A stretch of DNA of 63,591 bases, filler included, from an uncultured Planctomycetaceae bacterium (GCA_963976765.1; 3 parts of 3 records of this genome joined end to end with filler, not necessarily neighbours in it), one strand, 5' to 3'. Shown: positions 11,601 through 20,178, counted from the first letter of the whole stretch. Translations and numbers: made by a program. Notes: generated by a model not told the origin, from the sequence alone.

Positions 11601-14371
11601 ACTCCCGGTGAGAGTCCGGCAATTTCAAAGGCCCCGTCGATGTTTGTGATCGCGGTCGGTTCACCAGCATCTGGAACACGATTCGCGTTGCGGTCTATAA
11701 ATACCGTGGAACCGATCAGTCCCCACTCATCGAATGACTGAGTACCACTTCCGTCTTTGTCAAAAAACACGGTTCCCCGGATCGAACTTGAGCCACCAAA
11801 TGCCAGGTTTGCGGCGATCGTCTGCCCGACCACAACAGAAACGGTTTGAGCCGAAGAAACCGGAGTCAGCCCGGCAGGAGTTTCCGCGACGACCTGTACG
11901 CTACCGGGCACCAGATCACGCAGCAGATACGCCCCGGTCGAATCGGTCACTGCCGACTGCTCACCATCATCGAACTGCCCGTTGCTGTTGGCGTCGACAA
12001 ACACGTTGAGTCCGGCCAATCCCGGTTCCAGCCCTCCACGCAGGCTACTCTGATCAAGATCCAGAAAGGCAAATCCACCGACATTTCCAGTAGTACCGGG
12101 GACTACATGCAGCGACCAGGAATTCAGAGTTCCGCCATCCAGAAAAAACGTATCGGTAATTTCCAATGTCCACGTCCCGATGGTCGATTTGCCATCGAAA
12201 TCCGACAGTGTTCCTTCTGGTCGAAAACGCCCGGAAAATGGGCTGGACCCATCGACAATCGATGCGTCTGCCTCATCGTCGAGAATCGTTCCTGTGAAGT
12301 TCTGCCCGAAGTCGTTGAGATCAGAGAACAGTTCTACACGAGTGCCGTCAGGACTGATGAGAAACACTCGAAGGTCAAGATTAAATGCGTGAGCAATGTC
12401 GATCTCGACGTCGATATCCGCGATGGGGATGTCATCGGCAATCACCAATTGCGAGGTCACTGTCGCGTCATTGACGATAGTGACAGGGACGTTGCTGCTT
12501 ACAAATTCTGTCGGTGGCTCAAGCTGAATTGCAAAGTTCGAAACGGGGCCGGATGCAAATCCGTTGACCTCAGTTTCAAGAATCCACGTCCCCGCTGACG
12601 ATTCTCCGTTGAGAGCACTTAACGGCATATTGGGAATGAACCGTCCAGTGACCGGAAGAAAAGTGCTAGTGTCCGGGTCAAAAGGAGATGAAGCAGTATC
12701 GATCGACGAGGATGCTTCGTCATCCAGAGTCACCATAGCGAATTCATCAAAGAAGAATCCGGGACTGTTGACCAGTGAAATCCGAGTGCCTGTTGGGCTG
12801 ATGAGTGTCAGCTTCAGATTACTGGCGAGTATGTCCTGGCTCAGCTCGACGTTGACGTCCTGCACTGCAAATGCCAGCGGCACGTCAATTGGAATCTGGG
12901 TAATTCCGCCGACGACCGCAGCAGGAGTACCAGCTGAAACGAACCGGATGGTTGGAGTGGGGGCTTGGTTGGCCGCTTCCTCAATCGAAAATGTAAGATC
13001 GTAGTGACCGCGACTGGCACTTTTCGCACTGCCGGCAACGGTCGGGTCAAAGGCCACGGAACTGAACCGACTGAAGCCGCTGACTCCTACAAAAAAGCGA
13101 CCGGTCGACGGTGCGGTAAATGCGAGTGCTGAATCGGCCCCATCAGAATCGTCGTTAAAACTCAGTTGGTTCCCAGGTCCGTCGAAGATGGCCATTACAG
13201 AGTCGAGCCCGCTGGGAGGCGTTAGAGACGCAGCATCGAGATCGACTGTCAGCCTCTGTCCCTCTGTCAGGTCAACTGCGAATAGATCGGCGTCATTGTT
13301 GAAGTCGATTGCTGCTGAAACGGTGACGGTTTCGCCTTCGGAAACTGCAACGGCAGCGGCAGCGTCGATGGTGTCTCCAGCGGTATCGGCTGGCGTCTCT
13401 GCCGCGTTAAGAATTCTGAAAGTGACCTCGTAATCGCCCGCAGTATCTCGACGCGTCGTTGAAAGAACGTCAAAGAAATAAGGGCCGGTATCTGTAACGC
13501 GATAAAGGATCGAGGGTGCATCAAAGCTACCGGTATCGACGACCGCCACTCCTCTGACATCCGGTCCATAAAGTTCAATGCGACTTTGCAAATCACCAGC
13601 AAGCCCGTCAGTACTTACGGTCGCTTCCACAACCTGGCCGGCAGTCAGGTCAATTCGATAACTGTCCCGGTCTCCCACTGAGCCGATCGACTCTGTCAGA
13701 GTAGCACTCGAACCTTCCACGACATTCACCGGTGTTGCAGTTTCGGTGGTCGCTCCAGAGTCGAGCGTGACGGTGAGCGAGAACGTTCCGATCGAGTTTC
13801 CGTTGACTCCTGTTCCAGTTGCCGGGTCGTAGGAAGCATTCCCTGAACTGGAGACGCCAATGTGCCATGTCCCTGTCGTGACAGCGTGAAATGCCAGTTC
13901 CGGATCGAGCTGCAGAGAATCGAGCGGTCGCTCATTCCGAGTAGTAAGGTTGTCAACGCTGGCAACCTCATTTCCAGCCGGATCAAACACTCGAACCAGA
14001 GCGTCAAGCGTCGAACCAAGCACCTCAGCGTCTATATCAACCGTGACGGCCTGCCCCGCATTGAGGGGCACTGCAAAAATTCGCACATCGGATGCCACTG
14101 CAAGGCTATGAGAAACCTCTGCCTGACCGGACGTCTGAACGTCGAGACCGACTGCCATGCCGAGCGTTGTACCACTGAGGAGAAGCCGATCTTCCAGCGA
14201 CTCAACTGAACCAGCAGACCAGTTCCAGGAAGCAGGCTCGGCGAGCGGTGTGTTCTTGGAAGTTCGCCGATGAGATGACTTTCGTCCGAAACTGCGTTTC
14301 GGTTGGTGTGAGTGTTTGTCACTGAAATTTCGAACAAATAATCGAGCGGCTCTCGGCTTTGAAATCAGCAT
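5675..14371 (-). CDS. Giant (2898 aa) surface protein: LEPR-XLL, PPC domains, two proprotein-convertase P domains, SdrD-B/Cna-B-like repeats, many FG-GAP/VCBS repeats
   Basis: ESLEDRLLLS at the N-terminus; DLRVFLISPDGTRVELF and GTWTLEITD (P-domain); VFVDANSNGQFDDGE (SdrD-B-like); dozens of DFNxDGxxDL motifs. Confidence 0.9.
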   Translation of the reverse strand: MLISKPRAARLFVRNFSDKHSHQPKRSFGRKSSHRRTSKNTPLAEPASWNWSAGSVESLEDRLLLSGTTLGMAVGLDVQTSGQAEVSHSLAVASDVRIFAVPLNAGQAVTVDIDAEVLGSTLDALVRVFDPAGNEVASVDNLTTRNERPLDSLQLDPELAFHAVTTGTWHIGVSSSGNASYDPATGTGVNGNSIGTFSLTVTLDSGATTETATPVNVVEGSSATLTESIGSVGDRDSYRIDLTAGQVVEATVSTDGLAGDLQSRIELYGPDVRGVAVVDTGSFDAPSILYRVTDTGPYFFDVLSTTRRDTAGDYEVTFRILNAAETPADTAGDTIDAAAAVAVSEGETVTVSAAIDFNNDADLFAVDLTEGQRLTVDLDAASLTPPSGLDSVMAIFDGPGNQLSFNDDSDGADSALAFTAPSTGRFFVGVSGFSRFSSVAFDPTVAGSAKSASRGHYDLTFSIEEAANQAPTPTIRFVSAGTPAAVVGGITQIPIDVPLAFAVQDVNVELSQDILASNLKLTLISPTGTRISLVNSPGFFFDEFAMVTLDDEASSSIDTASSPFDPDTSTFLPVTGRFIPNMPLSALNGESSAGTWILETEVNGFASGPVSNFAIQLEPPTEFVSSNVPVTIVNDATVTSQLVIADDIPIADIDVEIDIAHAFNLDLRVFLISPDGTRVELFSDLNDFGQNFTGTILDDEADASIVDGSSPFSGRFRPEGTLSDFDGKSTIGTWTLEITDTFFLDGGTLNSWSLHVVPGTTGNVGGFAFLDLDQSSLRGGLEPGLAGLNVFVDANSNGQFDDGEQSAVTDSTGAYLLRDLVPGSVQVVAETPAGLTPVSSAQTVSVVVGQTIAANLAFGGSSSIRGTVFFDKDGSGTQSFDEWGLIGSTVFIDRNANRVPDAGEPTAITNIDGAFEIAGLSPGVHQLSIAGNQLSMAGNQPLVSPADNRLFVTTTAGTATESANFAVRFTSVFDSEPNDTSATATPIAPTTATSGGLTANDVDLYELTLNEGGRLQVHASSASVALDLRLRLLTEDGTPILVSNGSRGDSSAASVDVHLPAGTYRVEVVAENGTTGGYGLTSAFSPAEPPTSAITPALPTRGFERESIIAGDFNRDGIIDLATADVRRARISVLIGEGDGSFRDAYSMTVDSGPRFLATFDLNNDGILDLVSANGGQDFSAFNSTVSVFLGVGNGTFQPEYRIRVGEAPRELTAMDFDGDGVLDLATANFESDDISILIGRGDGTFQSEFRVNVGTEPESLTAADFNRDGNVDLVVANRQTDSLSVLLGNGAGGFTAGPDAQVDSFSRTQSVRHGDVNRDGFLDLITTNEFNYVEVLLGNGNGTFQTGIEVPMGEDAEMALLEDLTGDGILDLVTVNRFSNDVSIRVGTSDGGDLFGPETRIPVEFDPVMLVAGDWNSDGLLDIAVANRGDLVQFPGGGDGSISLILNRGNGVFQSASPDRVLADDAPTTIQIADLNNDGRPEIISANQSSTANDGSISVLTGLGNGDFEAVTQLNVKARSIVVADVNRDGRLDLVSVNGRDFGLLDARANARATIPGVVTVHLGLGDNRFQLAGSFDVGMNAISIALADFNGDSILDAVTANEFPDGETSENGTLSVLIGNGDGTFRSAISIEAGIGPSSVVAQDIDLDGNIDLAVTNRGESFGPFGQAGAADNRVFVYWGSGDGTFETPQIEHVGNGPKELIAVDLNLDGSPELVTVNLGARGDFFGTNNTISILSASVNSPRQFTATTVTVPQGPTDLVSGDFNRDGNVDLAVAGSTENLVGVLLGGGDLSFSTPVTIPLTAALQPESLQTADLNGDGFLDLAVANLNSDDVSVLLGVGDGSFVPADQLANLVDQTGPLTADVNADGHDDVLSIDQNGQILVRAGRSNADGLLAAPFVLNANSSARSITTFRSDQETLVAAVSRDGHDLTLHGFDEDGRPEVRQQTDLPGFVSVLAVADLTGDGLDDVVGVLPLDSQIVLLRNDGAGGFATPERINVGEVPAAVDLVDLDGIGGLDIVVTSRNSAVTHLFVNDGSGNFTTPLVYPTSAGPVVLNPSSQQLGSLTRPVGQDSGDFDGDGLIDLLVVNQGERSFRLLKGTGNGSFAAPSIVASPMTDFDGSIFGGLLLSRDVTGDGQVDQIIATAPGASVITIMRLDDGSSLSVEQALSTGASVAGISLADRNADGVDDLFVNTSTGDLIIFPGLTGGEFGDFFRTQSTVPIAVRDLDGDGKLDVITANSAFDRVNIDFGAGAGADTVLSDSNAPFAAPGAVELGDINGDGLDDLIVANTGGNQVFLFPRLSAQTFATEPIVLFSGTNPTGITINDVNADGLNDLVVANRGSNDVTIFVGTSATDTGFDSGRRLAVGTGPVSADVMVDRTTGAVTSLIVTNADAGTVSMLPAVQGLGGSIFNDQAASTISIGQTSSQGGQLIGNSFVATNPLNDTFTFISNLENAFQTGAGITSFSSRGDEPSFALPTDFNFDGILDLIVANSGNGSIVLFAGGDIGFVFSDLLSAPSLAHPAAMDIAEINGVLNLFVTEEGEDVASVFQIGQRRNSSFPFPQDSLSSSSLVTDGFGGTGSQIQSTLAALTNLLLASLNPSGWQQTSALTRNSLDGRAPGFGRWLQRANDALYSFISPLLTDRGIAEVFQPRGIEPASNLIRSLLQTTIVTPFPILGILVSPLLSTSGTVDDKPAAADVDGAGDLDAPASQPESKSSDQPAATDGNDPEKSADSASASRSTSQYDPSFPATEHAVWRQVSGRNARKLAAATGFDYQRIDGAFADVASRSFFAERLFDEGLVRERCGKQRSGGLGENTSRPALSADHSGHRFRLFNRQQLAVNTDDAAEFESARDSNATGTVLTTVALIGHYLNRTQRGSDNGQVTSQHRRHDSFDTW

Positions 14372-14693
14372 GTTGGTTACCGATATTTTTGAAACGTGTT
14401 TTGACGACCCGGCCCTTGCAAATTCCGTTCGCTGGTACAGTCAACCACCATGCTGAGACGACCAAACTGCTGTGTGGACCGAAAACTCAGCCCAATCCAC
14501 CATGACCGATTCTCTCAAGACCTCCTTGCATTCACCAGCTCTATCCAGCCAATACTTCACATTTGAGAGTACACCCTGCTGAAGCGAACGTCCACAGACC
14601 ACGAAGAGTGTCATCAAACTTTCGCCTGCAGATGACGTATTCGGTGCAATTCTGGTCAGGAACGGTTGTGGACAAGTCGCGAATTACAATTAA

Positions 14694-15653
14694 TCAAAGC
14701 CGGATCGAAGAGGTGATAGTCTCGAACCCGTTCGCTAACTCTGTGCTGAATAGAGAGTCAAGCAGGGAGTGTTCAACTGTTTGCAGTTCGTCGGTTTCAG
14801 ACTTCGCTGCGGTGTCGTCGGTTTCAGACTTCGCCGTGGTGTCATCGATTTCAGACTTCGCTGCAGTGTCATCGATTTCAGACTTCGCTGCAGTGTCATC
14901 GATTTCAGACTTCGCTGCAGTGTCATCGATTTCAGACTTCGCTGCGGTGTCATCGATTTCAGACTTCGCTGCGGTGTCATCGATTCCAGACATCGCTGCG
15001 GTGTCGTTGGTCAGTGCCGGCTCAAGAGTAATACCTTGACCGACGAACTCGAACGTCCCGCCGCCGACAACTCTACCTGTTGCCTGTCTGACGAAATTTA
15101 ACTGAGTCGATGTTGAGAATTCAGATGCAACTGTGAAAACGGCATCGAAGAGTTTTAATTCTGCTGCTGTCCCTGAACCCGGAAATGATCCGCCGAGCTT
15201 GAAGAAAGAAGTTTGAACAACGCGGTCAGTACTCGAATCGGCATCCGGAGTAACGGATGATTCCAATGAATCATTAACACCTTGATGGCCATCGTTCGTA
15301 TTCACGTTGTCAAAACGCACAAATGTCAGCTGGCTGGAATCGTAATGAAGTGTCAGATTAAAAAGGGTCAAAGCTTGAAGGTCTGCCGGGCTTCCCAATT
15401 CGCCGACCGTTCCGTCAAACGTCTGATACGTCACAGGAATTGTGATTTCCTGATTCGGCGTGACTTCCATTGTCATCACTTCAGAAGTCACCAGCTGCGC
15501 CGCCAGCAACGTACGATCTTCTAACTGCTCCATGCTGCGATGGATTGCGGCTTCCGAATGATCAGTCTTCCACCGCCGCTTCGGACGACGTGAATTCCGC
15601 AAGATTGCGAATCGAACATTCTGGAAGTAGTTTCCCAACAGATTCAACAGCAT
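14694..15653 (-). CDS. LEPR-XLL secreted protein with a cohesin-like beta domain and an acidic 9-aa tandem repeat
   Basis: MEQLEDRTLLA; LTLHYDSSQLTF and LFDAVFTV are cohesin-like; start at ATG 15653 after AAGGGG (ORF track starts at 15674). Confidence 0.75.
   Translation of the reverse strand: MLLNLLGNYFQNVRFAILRNSRRPKRRWKTDHSEAAIHRSMEQLEDRTLLAAQLVTSEVMTMEVTPNQEITIPVTYQTFDGTVGELGSPADLQALTLFNLTLHYDSSQLTFVRFDNVNTNDGHQGVNDSLESSVTPDADSSTDRVVQTSFFKLGGSFPGSGTAAELKLFDAVFTVASEFSTSTQLNFVRQATGRVVGGGTFEFVGQGITLEPALTNDTAAMSGIDDTAAKSEIDDTAAKSEIDDTAAKSEIDDTAAKSEIDDTAAKSEIDDTTAKSETDDTAAKSETDELQTVEHSLLDSLFSTELANGFETITSSIRL
14788..15003. repeat. Coding tandem repeat, 8 x 27 bp (DTAAKSEID)
   Basis: The unit TCATCGATTTCAGACTTCGCTGC(A/G)GTG repeats without spacers; the outer copies are diverged. 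Confidence 0.95.
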
Positions 15654-15833
15654 GGCGATCCCCTTGTCTTTCAATTTTTCATTAAGGGATGACCGAACTC
15701 ACCAGCAACTTGCCTGACTCCAGATACGTCATCTGAAGCGCGAGTCAGCGTGCCGATCCCCGTCCATTGAATTGAGGCCAAGACTGGTGTGCTCAATTCG
15801 AATTTTCTGTCGCAGCTCCACGTCATGTCGATG

Positions 15834-15858
15834 GGACGCACCAATGCCATCGAGTTAA
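15834..15858 (-). promoter_or_regulatory. Candidate ECF-type promoter TTAA-N16-CGTCC
   Basis: Minus strand reads TTAACTCGATGGCATTGGTGCGTCC, upstream of the 15653 gene. Confidence 0.4.
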
Positions 15859-16092
15859 TGCAATGTCGGCGATAAATTCAGAAGTACGTGTCAAGCCGTT
15901 GTCACCAACGAGTCAGAATTCCCCCGCTTTGCTTGCAGGTGAACTCTGCTTCTCGATGCCATCGTGCGGTTCATAGAGCGGCTGCTGTTTGGACTTAAAC
16001 GAAAATAGCTGATTCGATGCCTGATAAGGCCAGGCTACGGATATTCGATGGCCGCTTTCGAATCCCGAATTTCACGACTTGCATTGACTGGG

Positions 16093-16118
16093 CTTAATTC
16101 TGGTTTCGTTCGTCGTCT
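16093..16118 (+). promoter_or_regulatory. Candidate ECF-type promoter TTAA-N16-CGTCT
   Basis: CTTAATTCTGGTTTCGTTCGTCGTCT about 75 nt upstream of ATG 16193; it shares CTTAATTCT...CGTCT with the site at 1005-1030. Confidence 0.5.
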
Positions 16119-16192
16119 CATGATCAAAGGCCACGCAACCGGGGCAAGTATCGCCCCTCTCTGGCACGTTCCTTACTCTGGAGATTCTGATC

Positions 16193-17233
16193 ATGCGAAA
16201 CGCGGTCTTCTTCCTTGTTGTCACCGTCGCTTCATCGACAGCTGCATTCGCGCAGGCAAGATTCGGGATCGGCGTGAAGGACCATCACGATCCACCTGGC
16301 GCTCTGGTGACGGCGACTTACCAGGGATATCCCTGCCTGAACATCTACAGTGCCGAGGATGACCAGTACTACCATCTAGCACCGTATTTACATGTAGTCA
16401 CAGAAATCAACGGTGTCAGAATCGGGACAGGCAAGGAGTGCACCAAAGCGGTCTTTGCCTCTCCAAATCGTATGAAGTTCAGAATCCACAATCGCCACAG
16501 CGGATCACATCGCTACTACGAAGTGGACCTGCTCGGTGAACCGACTGGCGAACTGAATCTCGGTCGGTCACTTGACTGGCGTCCGGGCGAGGCACACTCC
16601 AAATTCAAACACGTTGTGGCTGCACCGGAGGAAGATAAGTGGCGACCAGCCCCCGGATATTCATGGGTGGAGGGGACGGGCCTGAGAGATGTCCGCTGGA
16701 GTCCCGGAGAAGCTCACCCGGACCACCACATCTATGCCGGATCCGAAGCTGGAAAATGGAAACCAAAACCTGGCTACAACTGGGTCAGCAAGGCGGAAAA
16801 AGACTTTCGCGTTCAATGGACGCCAGGAGAACACCATCCGAACCACCACATTCTTGCGGCGTCCGAGGCTGGAGTCTGGACACCAATGCCAGGCCATGCG
16901 TGGGTTTCCAAATCTACAGAAGATCTGCGCGTTCGGTGGGCATCAGGAAAACGACATCCGAAGTATCAGATTCTGGCCAGCAAAGAACACGGACAATGGC
17001 ATCCAATGGATGGGTATGAATGGGTGACATCGCGAAATGGAGACTTTCGAGTACAACGAGAACGGTCTTCCTCATCGTCGTCGAGTTCGAACAATCATGC
17101 GCGAGTAAACAGCGGTGCAGAAGATTTCGGAATCGACGCTCAATTTCTACGGCAGATTGATCGAGGTCACTTCAATTCGAACTACTCCACAAATTCCAGT
17201 CACGCACCTGTACAATCGGGCCGCGGATACTGA
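16193..17233 (+). CDS. Secreted protein: PDZ-like domain, four Trp/His-rich repeats, conserved C-terminal motif
   Basis: Signal peptide MRNAVFFLVVTVASSTAAFA; RFGIGV...GALVT...VVTEINGVRI (PDZ-like); RBS GGAG. Confidence 0.8.
   Translation: MRNAVFFLVVTVASSTAAFAQARFGIGVKDHHDPPGALVTATYQGYPCLNIYSAEDDQYYHLAPYLHVVTEINGVRIGTGKECTKAVFASPNRMKFRIHNRHSGSHRYYEVDLLGEPTGELNLGRSLDWRPGEAHSKFKHVVAAPEEDKWRPAPGYSWVEGTGLRDVRWSPGEAHPDHHIYAGSEAGKWKPKPGYNWVSKAEKDFRVQWTPGEHHPNHHILAASEAGVWTPMPGHAWVSKSTEDLRVRWASGKRHPKYQILASKEHGQWHPMDGYEWVTSRNGDFRVQRERSSSSSSSSNNHARVNSGAEDFGIDAQFLRQIDRGHFNSNYSTNSSHAPVQSGRGY
16577..17059 (+). repeat. Four ~40-aa protein repeats, consensus WxPGxxHPxxHIxAxxExGxWxPxPGYxWV
   Basis: Visible in the translation of 16193..17233. 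Confidence 0.85.
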
Positions 17234-17266
17234 GGTGGCTGAAGTCCTCGCAGTTGGGGGAGGATT

Positions 17267-18973
17267 TCACGGTCGATAATACGGTACATGGATGCCGTCG
17301 ACGTGAGGAAACGCCACGGCTGAAAAGTAAGGAAGCTCAAGGTTCGCTAGTTGCTGTCTGAGTATTTCCAATCGCCGAACGATTTCATCCGTTCGATCGG
17401 GCTCAGAGGCAATCGCTCCGCGAGGAATCGAAGTTTGCTCTCGAGTTCGCACTTCGACGCGGTCTGGAGACATGATCACCATGACATTGTCGGGTAGCTC
17501 TGGCCACGGGGCGTCTTCCAGGAATTCTCGGATGTTGTTCGACTGGTTCGGGCCGGATTTATTTCCCAGAACAATAATTAACTCCGTTCCGCCAGGGCCG
17601 ACGATCTGCATGTTCGAGGTTCGTGCAGTTAGCGCTGTCGAAGTCGAGGGATCGGATTTTTCGACTATCATCGGAATCGTCGTCAGTGCTGCTTCCGTGT
17701 CGAACCAGATTGCCAGGGGCTGAAGTCCGGATGGGATGTCACACTGAATCCGAATTTCGTCACCCGATTGTGCCGGGAGGCAACTGGACAGCGGCTGAAC
17801 CTCTGGAGCACGAAGCTGAACCAGCTCCTGCAGCGGTGCGGGCTCTTTGATTGATGGGCGATCACGATGGTTCAACAAGAACCCAGCCAGCAGTCCGGCT
17901 ATTACGACAAGCCCCGAAGCCGTCATCAGACGTGGGGGCAGTTTTTTTGGGGAAGTGACCTTGGTCAGCGCATCGGCAAGCTGACCCGCATCGGCATGAC
18001 GCCGGGAAGCGGTAGCGGCTGTGGCCTGTTCACAGACGGAACGGAGTTCACTCGATATTTTTGCACGGTCGAGGGCTGATGGGTCAAACGTGCCCTCGCG
18101 AGCGAGCCGCAGCATTCCATTGACGCCGTCACCGGAATTAAGTGGTTGAAGTGTCAGCAGCTCAAACAGAATCGCCCCCAATGCAAAGACATCCGAGCGG
18201 GCAGTAATCTGACTGACTTCGCAGCGAGCCTGTTCCGGCGCCATGTAGCGAACGGTTCCACTGAGAGTGGAGTCGACTATGCACTCGCCCGCCCAGCCAT
18301 GTCGCAGGATGGCGAGTCCAAAGTCGATCACACGTGGCTTACCAGAGTCGTCAATGACGATATTTTCCGGTTTGAGATCCCGATGGGTAATCCCGGCCTG
18401 GTGAGCGACATCCACAGAACGGGCGACCTGAATTACCAGGTTGACGGCGGCGTCTGGAGTGAACTCCTGATTACGCATTATCTCCCGAAGATTTCTGCCC
18501 CGAATATACTCCATCACCAGGTACGGTCGGTTTTCATCAAAATCGACGTCGTAAATACGCGACAGGCCCGGGTGATCCAGCTCAGCCAGGAGTCGTCCTT
18601 CGGCAACGACCTCATGACGATCCTGATTTGAAATTGGCACTGGCGTCTTGCAAAGTTTAAGCGCCAGTTCCTTACGGAGAGTCGGATGAACAACTCGAAA
18701 CACCTCCGCCTGACCGCCTTCGGATAACTTCTCGATCACTTGATATTTGCCGATGTGGCGACCACCGTCTGATCGTGCCAAATCAGTAATCCGCAGGCCC
18801 GCTTCGATCTGAGTCGACTCAAACGCCGCTTCGATATCCGTTGATTGTTCTGTTTGCGTCTGACCGGTTGGCGTTTCGGAGAGCAAGTCATCTGCAGGTC
18901 GGCTGGATGCCGACTGCGAGACGTGCAATTCCGCAGGCTCTTCAGACGCCGACCTGTCATCCTCGTTGTTCAC
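17267..18973 (-). CDS. Membrane Hanks-type Ser/Thr protein kinase with an extracytoplasmic DUF4384-like domain
   Basis: LALK, HRDLKPEN, DFG, GTVRYMAPEQ, DVFALG; TM segment GLVVIAGLLAGFLL; the C-terminal motifs GDEIRIQC and GPGGTELIIVLG resemble DUF4384. Confidence 0.92.
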   Translation of the reverse strand: MNNEDDRSASEEPAELHVSQSASSRPADDLLSETPTGQTQTEQSTDIEAAFESTQIEAGLRITDLARSDGGRHIGKYQVIEKLSEGGQAEVFRVVHPTLRKELALKLCKTPVPISNQDRHEVVAEGRLLAELDHPGLSRIYDVDFDENRPYLVMEYIRGRNLREIMRNQEFTPDAAVNLVIQVARSVDVAHQAGITHRDLKPENIVIDDSGKPRVIDFGLAILRHGWAGECIVDSTLSGTVRYMAPEQARCEVSQITARSDVFALGAILFELLTLQPLNSGDGVNGMLRLAREGTFDPSALDRAKISSELRSVCEQATAATASRRHADAGQLADALTKVTSPKKLPPRLMTASGLVVIAGLLAGFLLNHRDRPSIKEPAPLQELVQLRAPEVQPLSSCLPAQSGDEIRIQCDIPSGLQPLAIWFDTEAALTTIPMIVEKSDPSTSTALTARTSNMQIVGPGGTELIIVLGNKSGPNQSNNIREFLEDAPWPELPDNVMVIMSPDRVEVRTREQTSIPRGAIASEPDRTDEIVRRLEILRQQLANLELPYFSAVAFPHVDGIHVPYYRP

Positions 18974-19213
18974 GATCGGTTCCCCTCAAGCCGGCCGCCA
19001 CCATGCAAAACGAATCGTTCGGTCTGTTGCAGAACAGAATTGATAACAGTTGTACGGCTTTTTTGAGATTCACGAGGCATTGCGTAGTCGCCGAGTAAGA
19101 GTTTCGTGTTTAGGACGCGTCGAGCTTTCCCGCGAAACACGGCACAGAATTCAAACGTACAAAACGATTGCCCCGGCTTCATTCGAAATTCGTGAATTCA
19201 TTCAGGTTTCTCA

Positions 19214-19237
19214 TTAACCGGGGATTGAACCGCCGTC
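19214..19237 (+). promoter_or_regulatory. Candidate ECF-type promoter TTAA-N15-CGTCT
   Basis: TTAACCGGGATTGAACCGCCGTCT about 100 nt upstream of ATG 19336. Confidence 0.4.
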
Positions 19238-19335
19238 TTACCTGCAGATTCAACGATTCACCAGTGAGCCAGACAGTAACTGACGCTCAGCTCGCCTGGT
19301 GGTTTCCCCTCTATTTTTCTGCAAGGAGACATGCG

Positions 19336-20178
19336 ATGGCGTTTCGAAAGACTTTTTTGTGTGCGGCAGCAGCTGCAATGTTTGCCCTGACTTCCGTTGA
19401 TGCTGCTGACGATACCAAGCCACGGTTGGGGGTCTCAGTAATTGAGACCTCAAACAATGCTGGAGTCATTGTCACACAGATCGACGATGGCTCGCCCGCC
19501 ATGAAACTCGATCGAGTGGCAGACGGCAAGGATATCAAGCTGGAATCAAAAAAGTACGCGATTACTCACGTCAACGGACGACAGGTTCCCACTACGGACA
19601 GCTTTCTAAAGGCCATTGCTGCCTCTCCTCAGGACTGCGTTCTTCGTGTTTATGAATATGCCACCGCTGACTGGGCAGACCACCGCGTGAAACTGCGTGG
19701 CGAACCAACCGTCGTTGAAACTCAGACCGTTGAAGCAGCGCCGCAATACTGGATGGACGCCAATGGCAACGTCTATTCACAGGACGGCCAGTATCAGTAC
19801 ACACAACAGGGATATTCGCAGCAGCAGTACGCTCAAACTGAAGATCGCGGCGAGCGAAAGAGCAAAAAGCGTTTCTTCAATATGTTCGGACAACCTGAGG
19901 GCGACGACTGGCGTCCCGGTGATAACACATGGTGGTTTCAGAAGAAGCCCGAGGACAAAGAACTCCGCAAGGCTTACAACCGACAGGCGTTTGTTGAGCT
20001 GTTGACCGGGGTTGCTGCTGGACTCAGTGGAGCGGCAGCCGGCATGGACAGCTATCAGCCATCCAGCAGCTCTGGATTTAACTCGGGGCGGATGAATTCA
20101 AATATTTCGCGAGACAGTTTCAATCGAAATTACTCGACGAATCCTGACCACGCTCCGTTTATCAACTGGGCTTACTGA
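19336..20178 (+). CDS. Secreted PDZ-like protein with a Q/Y-rich linker and conserved C-terminal motif
   Basis: AAGGAG RBS; signal peptide MAFRKTFLCAAAAAMFALTSVDA; RLGVSV...GVIVTQIDDGSPA...ITHVNG. Confidence 0.8.
   Translation: MAFRKTFLCAAAAAMFALTSVDAADDTKPRLGVSVIETSNNAGVIVTQIDDGSPAMKLDRVADGKDIKLESKKYAITHVNGRQVPTTDSFLKAIAASPQDCVLRVYEYATADWADHRVKLRGEPTVVETQTVEAAPQYWMDANGNVYSQDGQYQYTQQGYSQQQYAQTEDRGERKSKKRFFNMFGQPEGDDWRPGDNTWWFQKKPEDKELRKAYNRQAFVELLTGVAAGLSGAAAGMDSYQPSSSSGFNSGRMNSNISRDSFNRNYSTNPDHAPFINWAY

Noticed and set aside
5790..14337. Many 60-250-aa ORFs antisense to or overlapping large genes (also within 31636-36302, 52899-54892 and 60579-63236)
   Set aside because: They are shadow ORFs of GC-rich repetitive coding strands, with no motifs or RBS.
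14788..15003. Possible CRISPR array
   Set aside because: The repeats are contiguous with no spacers, a multiple of 3 and in frame within a CDS; no cas genes are present.
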